NCBI GenBank assembly: GCA_051453625.1
Contig: JBOZIK010000001.1
Location: forward strand, 2,283,865 to 2,322,487
DNA: 38,623 nt
Reading direction: 5' to 3'
Source: Welwitschia mirabilis
Taxonomy: Eukaryota
This document shows positions 11,850 to 22,660 of the stretch, in pieces. The notes under the pieces are model-generated. The model was given only the letters and a program-made list of their open reading frames with translations, ran no database searches and had not been told where the DNA came from. Position 1 is the stretch's first letter; each line of letters begins with the position of its first letter. A program made the translations under genes and the position numbers.

Positions 11850-14800
11850 TATAAATGTTCTTATCTACCTCTTATCCCCAAGCTTATGATGACTCTATAC
11901 TACTAGTTCATCCTTCTTAGGTTTTGATAGTTTTAAACTCTGATTTTATTTATGGTAACGTAGCATTCTGGTAGCGAAATTTTACTTTTGTTATTTTCTT
12001 CCTAAATGCTACTTATTTTAAAAAAACAAAGTGAGAGAGATTTTCTTTGGAGGAATTTAGAAGGTTTTTTAAATGTTGTTTAATGCCTTATTGNNNNNNN
12101 NNNNNNNNNNNNNNNNNNNNNNNNNNNNNNNNNNNNNNNNNNNNNNNNNNNNNNNNNNNNNNNNNNNNNNNNNNNNNNNNNNNNNNNNNNNNNCTTATTG
12201 ATGATTTTAACATGGTTATCTCATTCAGAGAGAAAATAGAAAAATGGTCTTGTTTCTTTAATAATTCATATTAGGTTACTTGAAATGATTTTATTGCTCA
12301 CTTCCATTTGTGTGATCCTCTAAATATTATTAGAAAGTTAGCCTTCTTATTTCAACTTGGTCCAATAGGTAGAAAGAAGAAAGTTTAATACTTAAGAGTT
12401 TAGATAGGGTTTATCTTTATCATAATAACTATATTTAGTTTAGTAATTATGATGGACATCTTGTTAGAACCATATGCTCTACATCTATTTTTAATCAATT
12501 TTCCATATTGTAGAACGTCATAATTTTAGTGCTAACCCTTTGTGAGACTCAAGTTTTATTCTAGATACCACCATTCTTCATTGTAAATTCACCTTATCTC
12601 TAACTTACTATCTCTAGATCATATCTGCCTTACCTGATAATGATATTCCCTAATATTTTAGGTGAAGAAAATTTTTTTATGGAACCTTAACTTCCTTAAG
12701 GGAATTTGACACAATGATAGCCATTCAGTTTAAAGAAATCCAAGGAAGTGAAATCCATCACTATATCTCTTAAGAGAAATCCATCTAATGTTGTTCTTTA
12801 AGATGCTAGACTTAATGTATCTATCCATATTCATCATATGACAGTTCAACAGGATTATGGTCATTGCTTTTAGTCTCAGTTGCCCTAGCGTGAGATTGGT
12901 ATTATTCTTTTGTATTTTTTTTAATTTTTAATTCTAACATGTGATACTTCCTTAGCTAAAATTATCCTTGTTATTCAATCTAATGGAAAACGTTTACAAA
13001 CCCTTTCAAAATCATGGATATCATTGTTTAGGAATTCATGAAACTTTTTAGTCATGAACCTCATTTCATTACCAAAAACTTAGCTTAAAAATAGATTAAA
13101 GATCATATTCCTTATCTAGTTATAGCTAATTTGGTTTTCCTTCTATTTCAATGAAATTAGTGCTACTGTAAAAGAAACAAAATACATTAAGGCTTCTAGA
13201 TTAGATTGTCTCTACATTAAATTTTATAAACATTTGTAGGATGTAATTGCTAGTTTTTTTAATGAAGTTTATAAAGAGTCTATAGCGTATATCTCCCTTA
13301 GAATCTTTATTAATATTGATTTTTCAAGATAATTCCAAAAGAAAAGGATGGGGATCAAAGCAAAGTCTAGCAGCCTATCATCTTATTGAATACGTTGTAT
13401 ACAATAATTACTAAAACCCTAGCTTACAAGCTAGATAATTATTTTTGTTTACAATCATGCAAATAGAACAAACTACCTTCATCAAATCTCACTTTATTTT
13501 AAGAAATATTATTAGTCTAGTTAACACATGAAAGTAAGGATTCTAATCTAATTGAGAGTTTATTTCTTAAAGATTGAATACTATAAATCCTATGATAAAA
13601 TCTCACGGAATGTTTTTAAAAGATTCTTTAACAANNNNNNNNNNNNNNNNNNNNNNNNNNNNNNNNNNNNNNNNNNNNNNNNNNNNNNNNNNNNNNNNNN
13701 NNNNNNNNNNNNNNNNNNNNNNNNNNNNNNNNNNNNNNNNNNNNNNNNNNNNNNNNNNNNNNNNNNNNNNNNNNNNNNNNNNNNNNNNNNNNNNNNNNNN
13801 NNNNNNNNNNNNNNNNNNNNNNNNNNNNNNNNNNNNNNNNNNNNNNNNNNNNNNNNNNNNNNNNNNNNNNNNNNNNNNNNNNNNNNNNNNNNNNNNNNNN
13901 NNNNNNNNNNNNNNNNNNNNNNNNNNNNNNNNNNNNNNNNNNNNNNNNNNNNNNNNNNNNNNNNNNNNNNNNNNNNNNNNNNNNNNNNNNNNNNNNNNNN
14001 NNNNNNNNNNNNNNNNNNNNNNNNNNNNNNNNNNNNNNNNNNNNNNNNNNNNNNNNNNNNNNNNNNNNNNNNNNNNNNNNNNNNNNNNNNNNNNNTAAAA
14101 GATGCTTTAACAAATTGGCTTTTGAGAAGGATTACTTTAACACATCAAGATGCATTTCTCATATGCTTTTCCTTAGATCCATATCAATGGAATTTCTCCT
14201 TTTTAGTTAAAGAGGTCATTTTATCAAGGTTACCTCTTAACTTCTTATTCATTTATCATTGTTATAGATGCTTTAGGCCATCTCATCAAGTCTTGCTTAA
14301 CTTTAGGTTATTTTCATTGCCTTGGCTTTCATAATTACCTTGATTTACAATACTTAACTTTAACATTGCTTATTGTTTTAATGTCTAAAGATCTATTTCC
14401 AAGCTTCTAGCTTTAGCATTAGTTGGTATAAATTTGCCTATTTCTACTCCACGTGTATTCATAATTTCAAATCTTGTTTGGATTACAATGTCATGTCAAA
14501 TGAGGTTTTTAATCTTATTGGTATACTTTTTAGATTTAATATCTCTTTCCAGAGTTATGATTATAGGTTATTAAGAAGATTCATTGAAAGATTCAAAAAT
14601 GGCTCTCTAGAGATATGTCTTTTGCTAGAAAAATTATTGTGCATGACAGGATCCTTCCTACTAGTTATGTATCCTACTCCACATGTCTGGCTCCTTCTAA
14701 ATCATGTTATAATAATATTATTATAATTTTAAGAGATTTTCTTTAGCATTCTAATCATCCTTACAAAAAAGGATTTATTAGAGTTTCTTAGGATGTACGC

Positions 14801-17230
14801 ACTTGTTTCAAAGATCTAGGAGGCTTGGGCATGAAGAACTTATTTTATCAAGACAAAGTCCTTATTACTCATTGGCAAGTTGAGGTCAATAATGGATATG
14901 TGTATGGGAAGGTGGTTGTAAAAAATTTCATTCAATTTCCTCTTTCTCTCGATAAAAAGCCCTGACCATCATTCTATTGGTAGTAGACTCTTCTCATTAT
15001 TGCTTTAATTAAATTACATTATTTCATCTTTGTCAGGGACATTTTAGATTCTCAGATTACCATATATGTTTACTCCAAACTCCTAAAAATCTTATTCCTT
15101 AGAGCACTTCTCATTGATGGTCCCTTCAGCTCAATAACTAGGAAGGCACTATAGTAAGAAAAAGTGTTTTATTTCGTCTTTTCTTCTACATTATTTTATC
15201 TCTCTCATATGCTTTTTCTTAGTTCTATGTCAATTGAATTACTCTTTTTTGGTTAAAGAGGTTATTTCATCAAGGTTAGCCCTTAACTTCTTATTTATTT
15301 ATCATTAATGTAGATAGGCCATCTCATTAAGTCCTACTTAACTTTAGGTTCTCTTCATTGTATTTGCTTTCCTAATCACCTTGATTTACAGCACTTCCTT
15401 TAACATTGCTTTATTGCTTTAATATCTAAAGATCTATTTCCAAGATTCTAGCTTTAGCATTAGCTGGTATAAATTTGCCTATTTCTTCTCCACATTTATC
15501 CATAATTTCAAAGCTTATTTAGGTTACAACATCATGTTAGGTGATTTTTTAAGTTTATTGGTATACTTTTCAGATTTAATCTCTCATTTTCATAGTTATG
15601 ATTATGGGTTATTAAGAAGATTCATTGAAAGATTTGAAAGTGACTCTCTAGAGAACTTTCTTTCACCAGAAAAACTGTTGTGCATGATGGGATCCTTAGT
15701 ACTAGTCATGTATCCTCCTCCACATGTCTAGCTCCTTCGAAATCCTCTTATAATAAGCTTATTAGAATTTTAAAAGATTTTAATTAGCATTCTAATCATC
15801 CTCACAATAAAGGATTTATTATAGTTTCTTGGGATGTATGCACTTGTTCTAAAGATCTAGGAGACTTAGGCATGAAGAACATATTTTATTAACACAAAGT
15901 ACTTATTTCTTATTGATAAGTTAAAGTTAATAATGGAGATACGTATTGGAAGGTTTTTATAAGAAGTTTCATTTAATTTGCTCTTTCTCTTGGTATAAAA
16001 ACTTGACCATCCTTCTACTAGTAGTAGACTCTTCTCATTCTTTCTCCCATTAAATTACATTACTCCATCTCTCTTAAGGCTATTTCAAATTCTTAGATTA
16101 CCATAGATGTTTACTACAAACTTTGAAAAATCTTGTTCATTGGAGCACTCCCATTTGGTGGTCCCTTTAGCTCAGTAACTAGGAAGGCACTATAGTAGGA
16201 AAAAGTGTTTTCTTTGCTCTTTCCTTCTATTAAAAAGTGATTAAGAAGATTAAAGATTTTTAGTATCATCATTCTAGTTCTTAGTCAATTAGTCTCAAGC
16301 CAAATGTAGATTTAATCTTTCTAGCAATAAAAGAATTTATTATCATCTTCTATATTTATAGCTTACTTCTTTGCATATACTTCAAACTACTCAAAGTGAC
16401 TATGATCTTTGGACTTGAAAGAATGGTTATAATTATAGACACATGCATGCTAGTTTCTTAAAGCATTTATGGTTTGAAAGTGGTTCGATCTCCATGTGTA
16501 TGAATAATATTTGACACACTCAACTCTAAGATGACTTGTGAGAGAGTCTATTTTCTTACAACCGGTGGCTTCCTGCTCCTCCTAAAATTCATATCTTTAG
16601 TTGATCACTTCTTCATAAAAGGCTTCTACTTAGTGGTAGAATTTCTCATTTTACAAGCTATATGCCCCTTTGTTCTTACTATGTTGTAGAAGAGCCACTT
16701 ATCCAAATTTTCTAGTCCTATCAAATAGATTCTTCTACTTGAAAATGGGCAAGCCACTCTAAGGGATGGCATCGCCTCTATAAGTTCTTAACTCTAACTA
16801 GCCTTGATGAGCCTAGTAATGCTTTCTCATGGTAAAAATGGTTGTCAATTCCCTATGGGATTTTATTTGAAGTATGGAAGCTTTGGAATAAAGGCATTTT
16901 TAACAATAAGACCATTTTATTTCCTGCCTCTTCCAAGCATGCTATTATTCATAGCATAAAGATACAGAGAGGTCTCTGTTTGGAGCTCTTCTCTTATATA
17001 GGATCCTCATTAACTAGCATTGTAATCCTCTTTTGTTGTTTGAAATTTAAAAGGTCTTCCAAGGGGGAAACCGTAGTTATGTATGAACATAGAAGACTAG
17101 GATATTCCGAAATGATCCCATTACAATTATGAGGTAATACTATCCTAAATGCTATTTAACTAGTTCATGGTTGGTGAATACAGACATGTAAAAGAAAGGT
17201 TGTTTTTACATCATTAAACCAAAAAACAAA
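11850..17230 (+). mobile_element. Degenerate L1-clade LINE ORF2 (APE endonuclease, reverse transcriptase, zf-RVT C-terminus); pseudogenised
   Basis: ERDFLWRNL and LIDDFNMVISFREK (APE, ~12030-12240). KASRLDCLYIKFYKHL*D...KIIPKEKD...*QPIILLNTLYTIITKTLA...EQTTFIKSHFILRNI...FLKIEYYKSYDKIS (RT, 13190-13610). FNLIGILF, WLSRDMSFARK and DLGGLGMK motifs. WLPAPPKIHIFS*SLLHKRL (zf-RVT, ~16565-16625). A-rich end near 17220. Confidence 0.88.
14157..16229. repeat. Gap-free ~1.04 kb tandem duplication inside the LINE (14157-15188 / 15203-16229)
   Basis: The copies are collinear from tctcatatgctttt to aaagtgtttt...ttcta. The track ORFs 14478..14726 and 15534..15731 are paralogous translations (YDYRLLRRFIERF / YDYGLLRRFIERF). 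Confidence 0.95.
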
Positions 17231-17332
17231 ACTTACCATTATATATTGTAGGCAAATTTTAATATAAAACTTTTTAGGAAAATATCAAATTCCAAATTTT
17301 TAGTACTTATACTTTCTCAACCCTTACAACCA

Positions 17333-17390
17333 TTTGAAGAACCCACAACCTCTTGAGTGGAGGACAAGCATTACACTACCATCCTATTGG
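17333..17390 (-). mobile_element. Fragment of a tRNA-derived SINE-like head (partial copy of 21286-21351)
   Basis: aacctcttgagtggaggacaagcat...actaccatcctattgg matches aacctcttaaatagaggagaagtat...actaccatcctattgg at 21299-21351. Confidence 0.5.
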
Positions 17391-17597
17391 CATATAAAGT
17401 TGTTCAATCTTAGGACCCATTTAAAAAAATAATAGAGATATCTATATACATGCTCAATTTCACTAACAAAGCAAACAAAAGTTATAGTATCATAATTATG
17501 TGAAAGACATGTAATTTAAGTTGTAAAACATTATTTCCTTCCTTACTAAAATATGAATTACTAAATATTGATGCTTCTCCAACACATCAGTATGCTC

Positions 17598-18134
17598 TTA
17601 GCTTCTTGATCTAAGCCCTCTGGTTTCCTCTTCTACCACATCTATTAGTAATGCATTACAAATTGCAATAGTAGGTGAAAACAAGTAAAAGTCCATGAAA
17701 CCAATCTCCAAAGGCCTGCTTCTCCCTCTTGCCAACCATCTCCTTGTTGGGCTTGGCCTTAGAAACTGCCAAGCCGAAAGTTGAGACACTATTCTTCTGT
17801 CTCTATCTGTAGACTGCACTGGGGCTCCGCCGTTCCGACTGGTTCCTCCTGAAAATGTAGTTGGAGCACCCGCTGTGGACGGTGCAAAGTGCCTTGGAGA
17901 ATTATCTTCAGAGCTTCTTAGAGATGCGGGTGAGTGTGTGGGAGTAGGAAGGTGCCAGACGGTATTGACCTGGACGTCTCTACAGTTGGGACATCTCATG
18001 AGACCGCCTTGATGGTTGAAGTGACTGCCGATGCAGTGCAGATGGAAGTTGTGTCCGCATCTCAGATGAGCCTTTCCATGCCCATTTTCTATCTCTTCCA
18101 GACATATTGAACACAATTCCTCCTGCGTATTCAT
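17598..18134 (-). CDS. RFI2: RING-H2 (C3H2C3) zinc-finger E3 ubiquitin ligase, RFI2/IPI1-like, short form (178 aa)
   Basis: Intact ORF with CSIC-x14-CGH-x2-H-x2-C-x13-CPNC. LRCGHNFHLHCIGSHFNHQGGLMRCPNCR...W matches the RFI2-family signature LxCGHxFHLxCIGSAFNxKGxMQCPNCR...W. The region is GC-richer and keeps many CG dinucleotides, unlike the flanks. The symbol is a family-level call and orthology is not established. The 3' end may be spliced. Confidence 0.88.
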   Translation of the reverse strand: MNTQEELCSICLEEIENGHGKAHLRCGHNFHLHCIGSHFNHQGGLMRCPNCRDVQVNTVWHLPTPTHSPASLRSSEDNSPRHFAPSTAGAPTTFSGGTSRNGGAPVQSTDRDRRIVSQLSAWQFLRPSPTRRWLARGRSRPLEIGFMDFYLFSPTIAICNALLIDVVEEETRGLRSRS

Positions 18135-18239
18135 AATTCAATGTTTCTTTTCTGTAAATATTACAGAAACCTGGGGAAAAAAGAAGACAGATATTGTTGC
18201 AGAAATAAACGGTGGAGGGTAGTATGGTTGGTGGGTTTG

Positions 18240-18360
18240 GGTTGATCGACGGAGCTGAGTTGCAGAGGCGTTAGGGTTACTGGATTTAAAGGGAAGCGTT
18301 AGAATGTGAATAGGCCATAAACTGCACATGTGGTGGTGTTTTAAAGAACACATGCAGTTT
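18240..18360 (-). promoter_or_regulatory. Putative core promoter of the RING gene
   Basis: On the minus strand: TATA-like ctTTAAAT (~18284-18291), telo-box core AACCCTAA (18271-18278) and CACATG/CATGTG E-boxes (18325-18332, 18349-18354), at the edge of the CG-retaining island. Confidence 0.35.
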
Positions 18361-18859
18361 TTCCATTTTAATAATAAGCATTGTTATTATTTATTATTAG
18401 ATTGTTAAGCTATTGAGGATTGTTTAATTTTTAGAAATACTTTATTTTTAGTAGATACGTTAAAAACTTTATAAAAAAAAACTATTTATCTATTGTCTTT
18501 AAAACCTTGAGAAATATAGATATATTTAAGACTCTTGGAAGAAAGAAGAATTGAGAAAGCTGACTGTTATATCTAAAATAAAGCATTAGTAAGCACTCAT
18601 GTTTAACCCTTTTTTAAAAATTTAAAAAGTATTTTTTAATTTGCAAATTTAAATATTAAATTAACATAATACATCTTAGCTTTGGTGTAATGTTTATGCT
18701 TTTACATTAATAGAAAGTTAATTTGAAAAAAAAAGTCATAATACTGTTTTGATCATTATCTTTTTTTATTGTTGAACATCTTCATATTTCATTGTTTGTA
18801 TATTGATGCATGTATTTTTCTTTAAATATCTGTCTTTTTAATTTAACTAGGCTACCTTA

Positions 18860-19790
18860 GAAGAGCTTCTAGAGCTAAGCTATCATGACAAACCATGAAA
18901 GACTAGGCTACTGTAGACAAGCCCCAGTGACAGTAGACCAGCCCCAATGTTGAAACCACAAAAGACTAAGATACAGTAGACAAGCCCCCAATGCTAAGCT
19001 ACGAAGAAAGACTAGCTAATACAAGCAAGATTATGAGAGCCTTAGATTCACCATCAGGTTAGNNNNNNNNNNNNNNNNNNNNNNNNNNNNNNNNNNNNNN
19101 NNNNNNNNNNNNNNNNNNNNNNNNNNNNNNNNNNNNNNNNNNNNNNNNNNNNNNNNNNNNNNNNNNNNNNNNNNNNNNNNNNNNNNNNNNNNNNNNNNNN
19201 NNNNNNNNNNNNNNNNNNNNNNNNNNNNNNNNNNNNNNNNNNNNNNNNNNNNNNNNNNNNNNNNNNNNNNNNNNNNNNNNNNNNNNNNNNNNNNNNNNNN
19301 NNNNNNNNNNNNNNNNNNNNNNNNNNNNNNNNNNNNNNNNNNNNNNNNNNNNNNNNNNNNNNNNNNNNNNNNNNNNNNNNNNNNNNNNNNNNNNNNNNNN
19401 NNNNNNNNNNNNNNNNNNNNNNNNNNNNNNNNNNNNNNNNNNNNNNNNNNNNNNNNNNNNNNNNNNNNNNNNNNNNNNNNNNNNNNNNNNNNNNNNNNNN
19501 NNNNNNNNNNNNNNNNNNNNNNNNNNNNNNNNNNNNNNNNNNNNNNNNNNNNNNNNNNNNNNNNNNNNNNNNNNNNNNNNNNNNNNNNNNNNNNNNNNNN
19601 NNNNNNNNNNNNNNNNNNNNNNNNNNNNNNNNNNNTATGAGAGCCTTAGATTCACCATCAGTTTAGTCACATAGAATCTTGCTAGTTGGCCTTAGGAGGA
19701 GCACACTGATTTCACTGCCCCTACATAAGTTTGAGCTTGAACTTTCACCATGAAAGGTGAATGAATTAACCAATAAGGTATGCCCTTAGT
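18860..19790 (-). mobile_element. SINE-like or other non-autonomous element with a tRNA-like head and short internal repeats (spans a gap)
   Basis: Minus strand 19785-19716 reads gggcataccttattggtt...ttcacc-tttcat-ggtgaa...gctcaaac...taggggca (degenerate A/B boxes and an anticodon-like hairpin). (c/t)(a/t)gtagac(a/c)agcccc occurs three times at 18910-18990. tatgagagccttagattcaccatcag is present on both sides of the gap. Confidence 0.3.
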
Positions 19791-20920
19791 CTTGTATTCA
19801 TGCATATATTGTACATTGTTATATAAATATCTAGTGGATGTGCTAGTATTGGCATTTAGTTCTTTGAATATGGCTTATTTGAATGCCTTTTTTCTATATA
19901 TGAAAAGCCCTTGCTATATAGTTTAAAAAATTAAAAAAATAGTGAAATATATTTCTTTAGTTATTTCATGTCAATAATTAATTATGAGGCTTAACACATT
20001 GTATAGTTTGTTTCTATCATGTTTAATAAGTTGTAAGTTTTATGGTTTTAGATTTTAATTTTATGGTTTCCTAGTCACCTTACAGTGCATGTGACATGAA
20101 CTTCAATATTTTGTATATGAATCACAAGTAAGGCATAGACATTTGGGTGACTAGCTCTTGGAACAATAATGGTTACTTTTGGATCTTCATTTGTCAAAGT
20201 GAATAAGTGTATACAATTTTTCAAGTAACTTATTAACTTCCTTTAAGAGAAAAAACTACTTGCAATTTTAATAAAAAGTATTAATCAAAAGCCCAAATAA
20301 GTCTGTATTTATAGCTTTAACTCTAAGAATCCTAGGGAAGAGATTTAGGTTGATCCTTTTAAATAGGTTGATGCACTATCTCCCTTCATCCCTTTGAGAA
20401 AAATGTAGTAAAAGGAAGAGCCACTTAAAATGAAAAGATTCTCGTTTACGGCTATTAGATAGTATCTTAGGCTTATTAGATGGTGTTCGAGATTTACACT
20501 GCTTAAAATTAAAAGATTGCTTAACTTGAAATTTGCTCCAATTCTACATATTAGTGTCCAAAGTATAAACAATATGGTTTTTGGTTATCTCGATTGTTCT
20601 CACTGTTTCTCATAAAGGATCATGTGGCTAAATGTCTAAATTTAACGAAGATTTTGTTTTTCCAATTACTAATATGTAGTGCTTTTCCATTTTAACATAT
20701 GTAGTGCTTTTCTTTAGACTCTACCCTTGATACAAAAGATCTGAGCATTCAAGGACGCGTTAATCAATAATACATGACAAAAGGAGTTGTTCTATTTTCA
20801 AAACTTATCTATACTAAACGTAAGTTTTCTTTGGCTTTTTTTATCCTTGTATATACAAAATAATTGTTTTTCCTAGACTAAAAAAATGTAAATAGGTTTT
20901 AAAAAAAAGTCAAATGTGTA

Positions 20921-21168
20921 ATCTTAGCACATTTCACCACTCCACTAGAAATTCCCTTTGCCTCTAGCATGCTCTAGATGTGTACTTTCCAATTCCTATC
21001 AAGGGTTAAGCCATGAGATTTAACAGAGGACTTGAAAAACCACCTAAAGACAATTTACACCCAATAAATCTAGATAATGCTTGCATCTTCTATCTTATCA
21101 CTGTTAATGGCATAGAATTAGTTAATGGTTTTTCCTCACATACTGTTATTGCTTTTTCTCTGAGAAAA
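20921..21168 (-). pseudogene. rrn16: Degenerate plastid 16S rRNA gene fragment (NUPT), V3-V4 region
   Basis: Collinear with the reverse complement of chloroplast 16S. catttcaccactccactagaaattccctttgcc corresponds to catttcaccgctccaccggaaattccctctgcc. gacttgaaaaaccacctaaagac, tttacacccaat and ctagataatgcttgcatc follow. ttatcactgttaatggcatagaattag corresponds to ttaccgcggctgctggcacagagttag. tactgttattgctttttctctgagaaaa shows the plastid-type short V3. Confidence 0.9.
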
Positions 21169-21179
21169 CATTTTGTTGG

Positions 21180-21351
21180 ACCCAAAACATTTAGTAATTT
21201 AGTAATCATGGATTCCTCTAGAAGTGTGGCAATAAAGCATTAGTTATACACAAGGCTTCATAGTATGCCAAGTAGTATATCTAGAGGTTTGAATTAAGAA
21301 CCTCTTAAATAGAGGAGAAGTATCCCATTAGTTGAACTACCATCCTATTGG
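21180..21351 (-). mobile_element. tRNA-derived SINE-like element
   Basis: The minus strand begins ccaataggatggTAGTTCAACTAATggg (A-box-like) ... gaggttcttaATTCAAACC (B-box-like). A related copy lies at 17333-17390. The tail boundary is uncertain. Confidence 0.5.
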
Positions 21352-21759
21352 AAAATAACAACCATTATTAGTTTTCTTTCTTTCCATTTTAAAAAGTATT
21401 ATTAGATGTATTTTATTATCTTATTGCAAATTTTTATGGGAGTAACATTTAAAACAATATTAATTCCCATCAATCTTAAGACATCAAAAGGTCCTTAGAA
21501 GATACATGAAAGATAAAATATCAATTTTGTATAGTCTTTTCCTTCATGTGCATTTCTATATTTTTGTTTTTAACTTATGTTAGAGTTAAAAAAATTTATA
21601 ATATATTTAATAAGATTAAAGGAATAATTAGAATCATGACAATTTTTAGGGTATCACCTGATTAAAATGCTTTTGGTATGTGGAAAACTTAAGATAGTGA
21701 TAGCTAGAATAAAAAGGTATAAAGATAAGGGGTATTCTTGCCAAATTAGTGATGAAGAG

Positions 21760-22660
21760 AAAAGTTAGAAAGAGAAACATTTAAGGAAATTTTTTAAAAG
21801 TTCTTCAAGGAATAATGGTTTAATATAATTATTCTTTCAAGTTCATTTTATTACTAAGTTATCAAACTTATTTATTTAAAATAATTTTCCATTATCAGTG
21901 ATTTAATTTATTGATAATTATCTCAGGTATACTTTATATTAGAATTGTAAAAGACATTATAGACAATAGTTGCTGATGCGTTTAGGGTTACCCTCTTGAA
22001 GTGATAGCTTAGTCATCCCTTTATTTTTAAAAAAATTTAAAGAGCTAACTAGTAAAGCCTTCTTATAAACATTGTAAAAACACTAAAGATGATGGGGTGC
22101 ATTGATCTACAACATTAAAGTATTCATGCATTAAAGGACAATTATCATTCATGGTTTTATGGTTCTTAAAAAACTTATCTAAAGCTTGCATCTGTGTATC
22201 TTCCATCACACTAAAACCAAAAAAGAAAAAAATATTGTAGTAGTTTTTGATAATATCTCACATGACTGTAATTTTTCATTCTATTTTCATATTTGTTTTT
22301 TATAAAGGCTTTTACATTCTCTAATTTAAAAAGCGATTCAATGATAAAGCAACCTCATAATACATTGAGTTTTAAGGAGAGAATTTATAAACTATTTGAT
22401 TGATTTCTAATTTCAAACACTATTACACTAGGGCTAATATGTTATTGTCTTACCAATAATCCACTAAAAGAATAAAGTGAAGAATGTTATAATTAATTAG
22501 TTGAAAGTAGAGTAACTATGATATCATTACAAATATAGATCTTAAGGAACTAGAATGAATTTCATACCTTTTTTGAGGTCAGATTGGGTAAAATAACTAA
22601 ATAGTTTATTTGAAAGACAATGATTTAGATGTGATAGAGCTAATTTTCTCTTAAGTCTAA
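21760..22660 (+). mobile_element. Probable PIF/Harbinger DDE transposase relic (HARBI1/ALP1-like)
   Basis: Ordered fragments: GILYIRI...TIVADAFRV (HTH, xIADxFxVS), KMMGCIDLQH (GxIDxxH, 22086-22115), NIVVVFDNISHDCNF, FTFSNL and EECYN*LVESRVTM...ILRN*...TFFEVRLGK (ExxFNxxLSxxRVxIE). Many stops. Confidence 0.5.

Noticed and set aside
18138..18353. 71-aa ORF directly upstream of the RING gene
   Set aside because: No recognisable domain, and it starts upstream of the putative TATA box. It is probably a chance ORF in GC-richer promoter/UTR DNA.
20345..20650. Possible LINE ORF1 zinc-knuckle relic (GYLDCSHCFS...DHVAKC)
   Set aside because: It needs a frameshift and has no supporting neighbouring motifs, so it is too weak to list as a feature.
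20921..21168. Functional rRNA gene or bacterial contamination
   Set aside because: It is a short fragment with universally conserved positions mutated in a deamination pattern, and it is contiguous with nuclear repeats.
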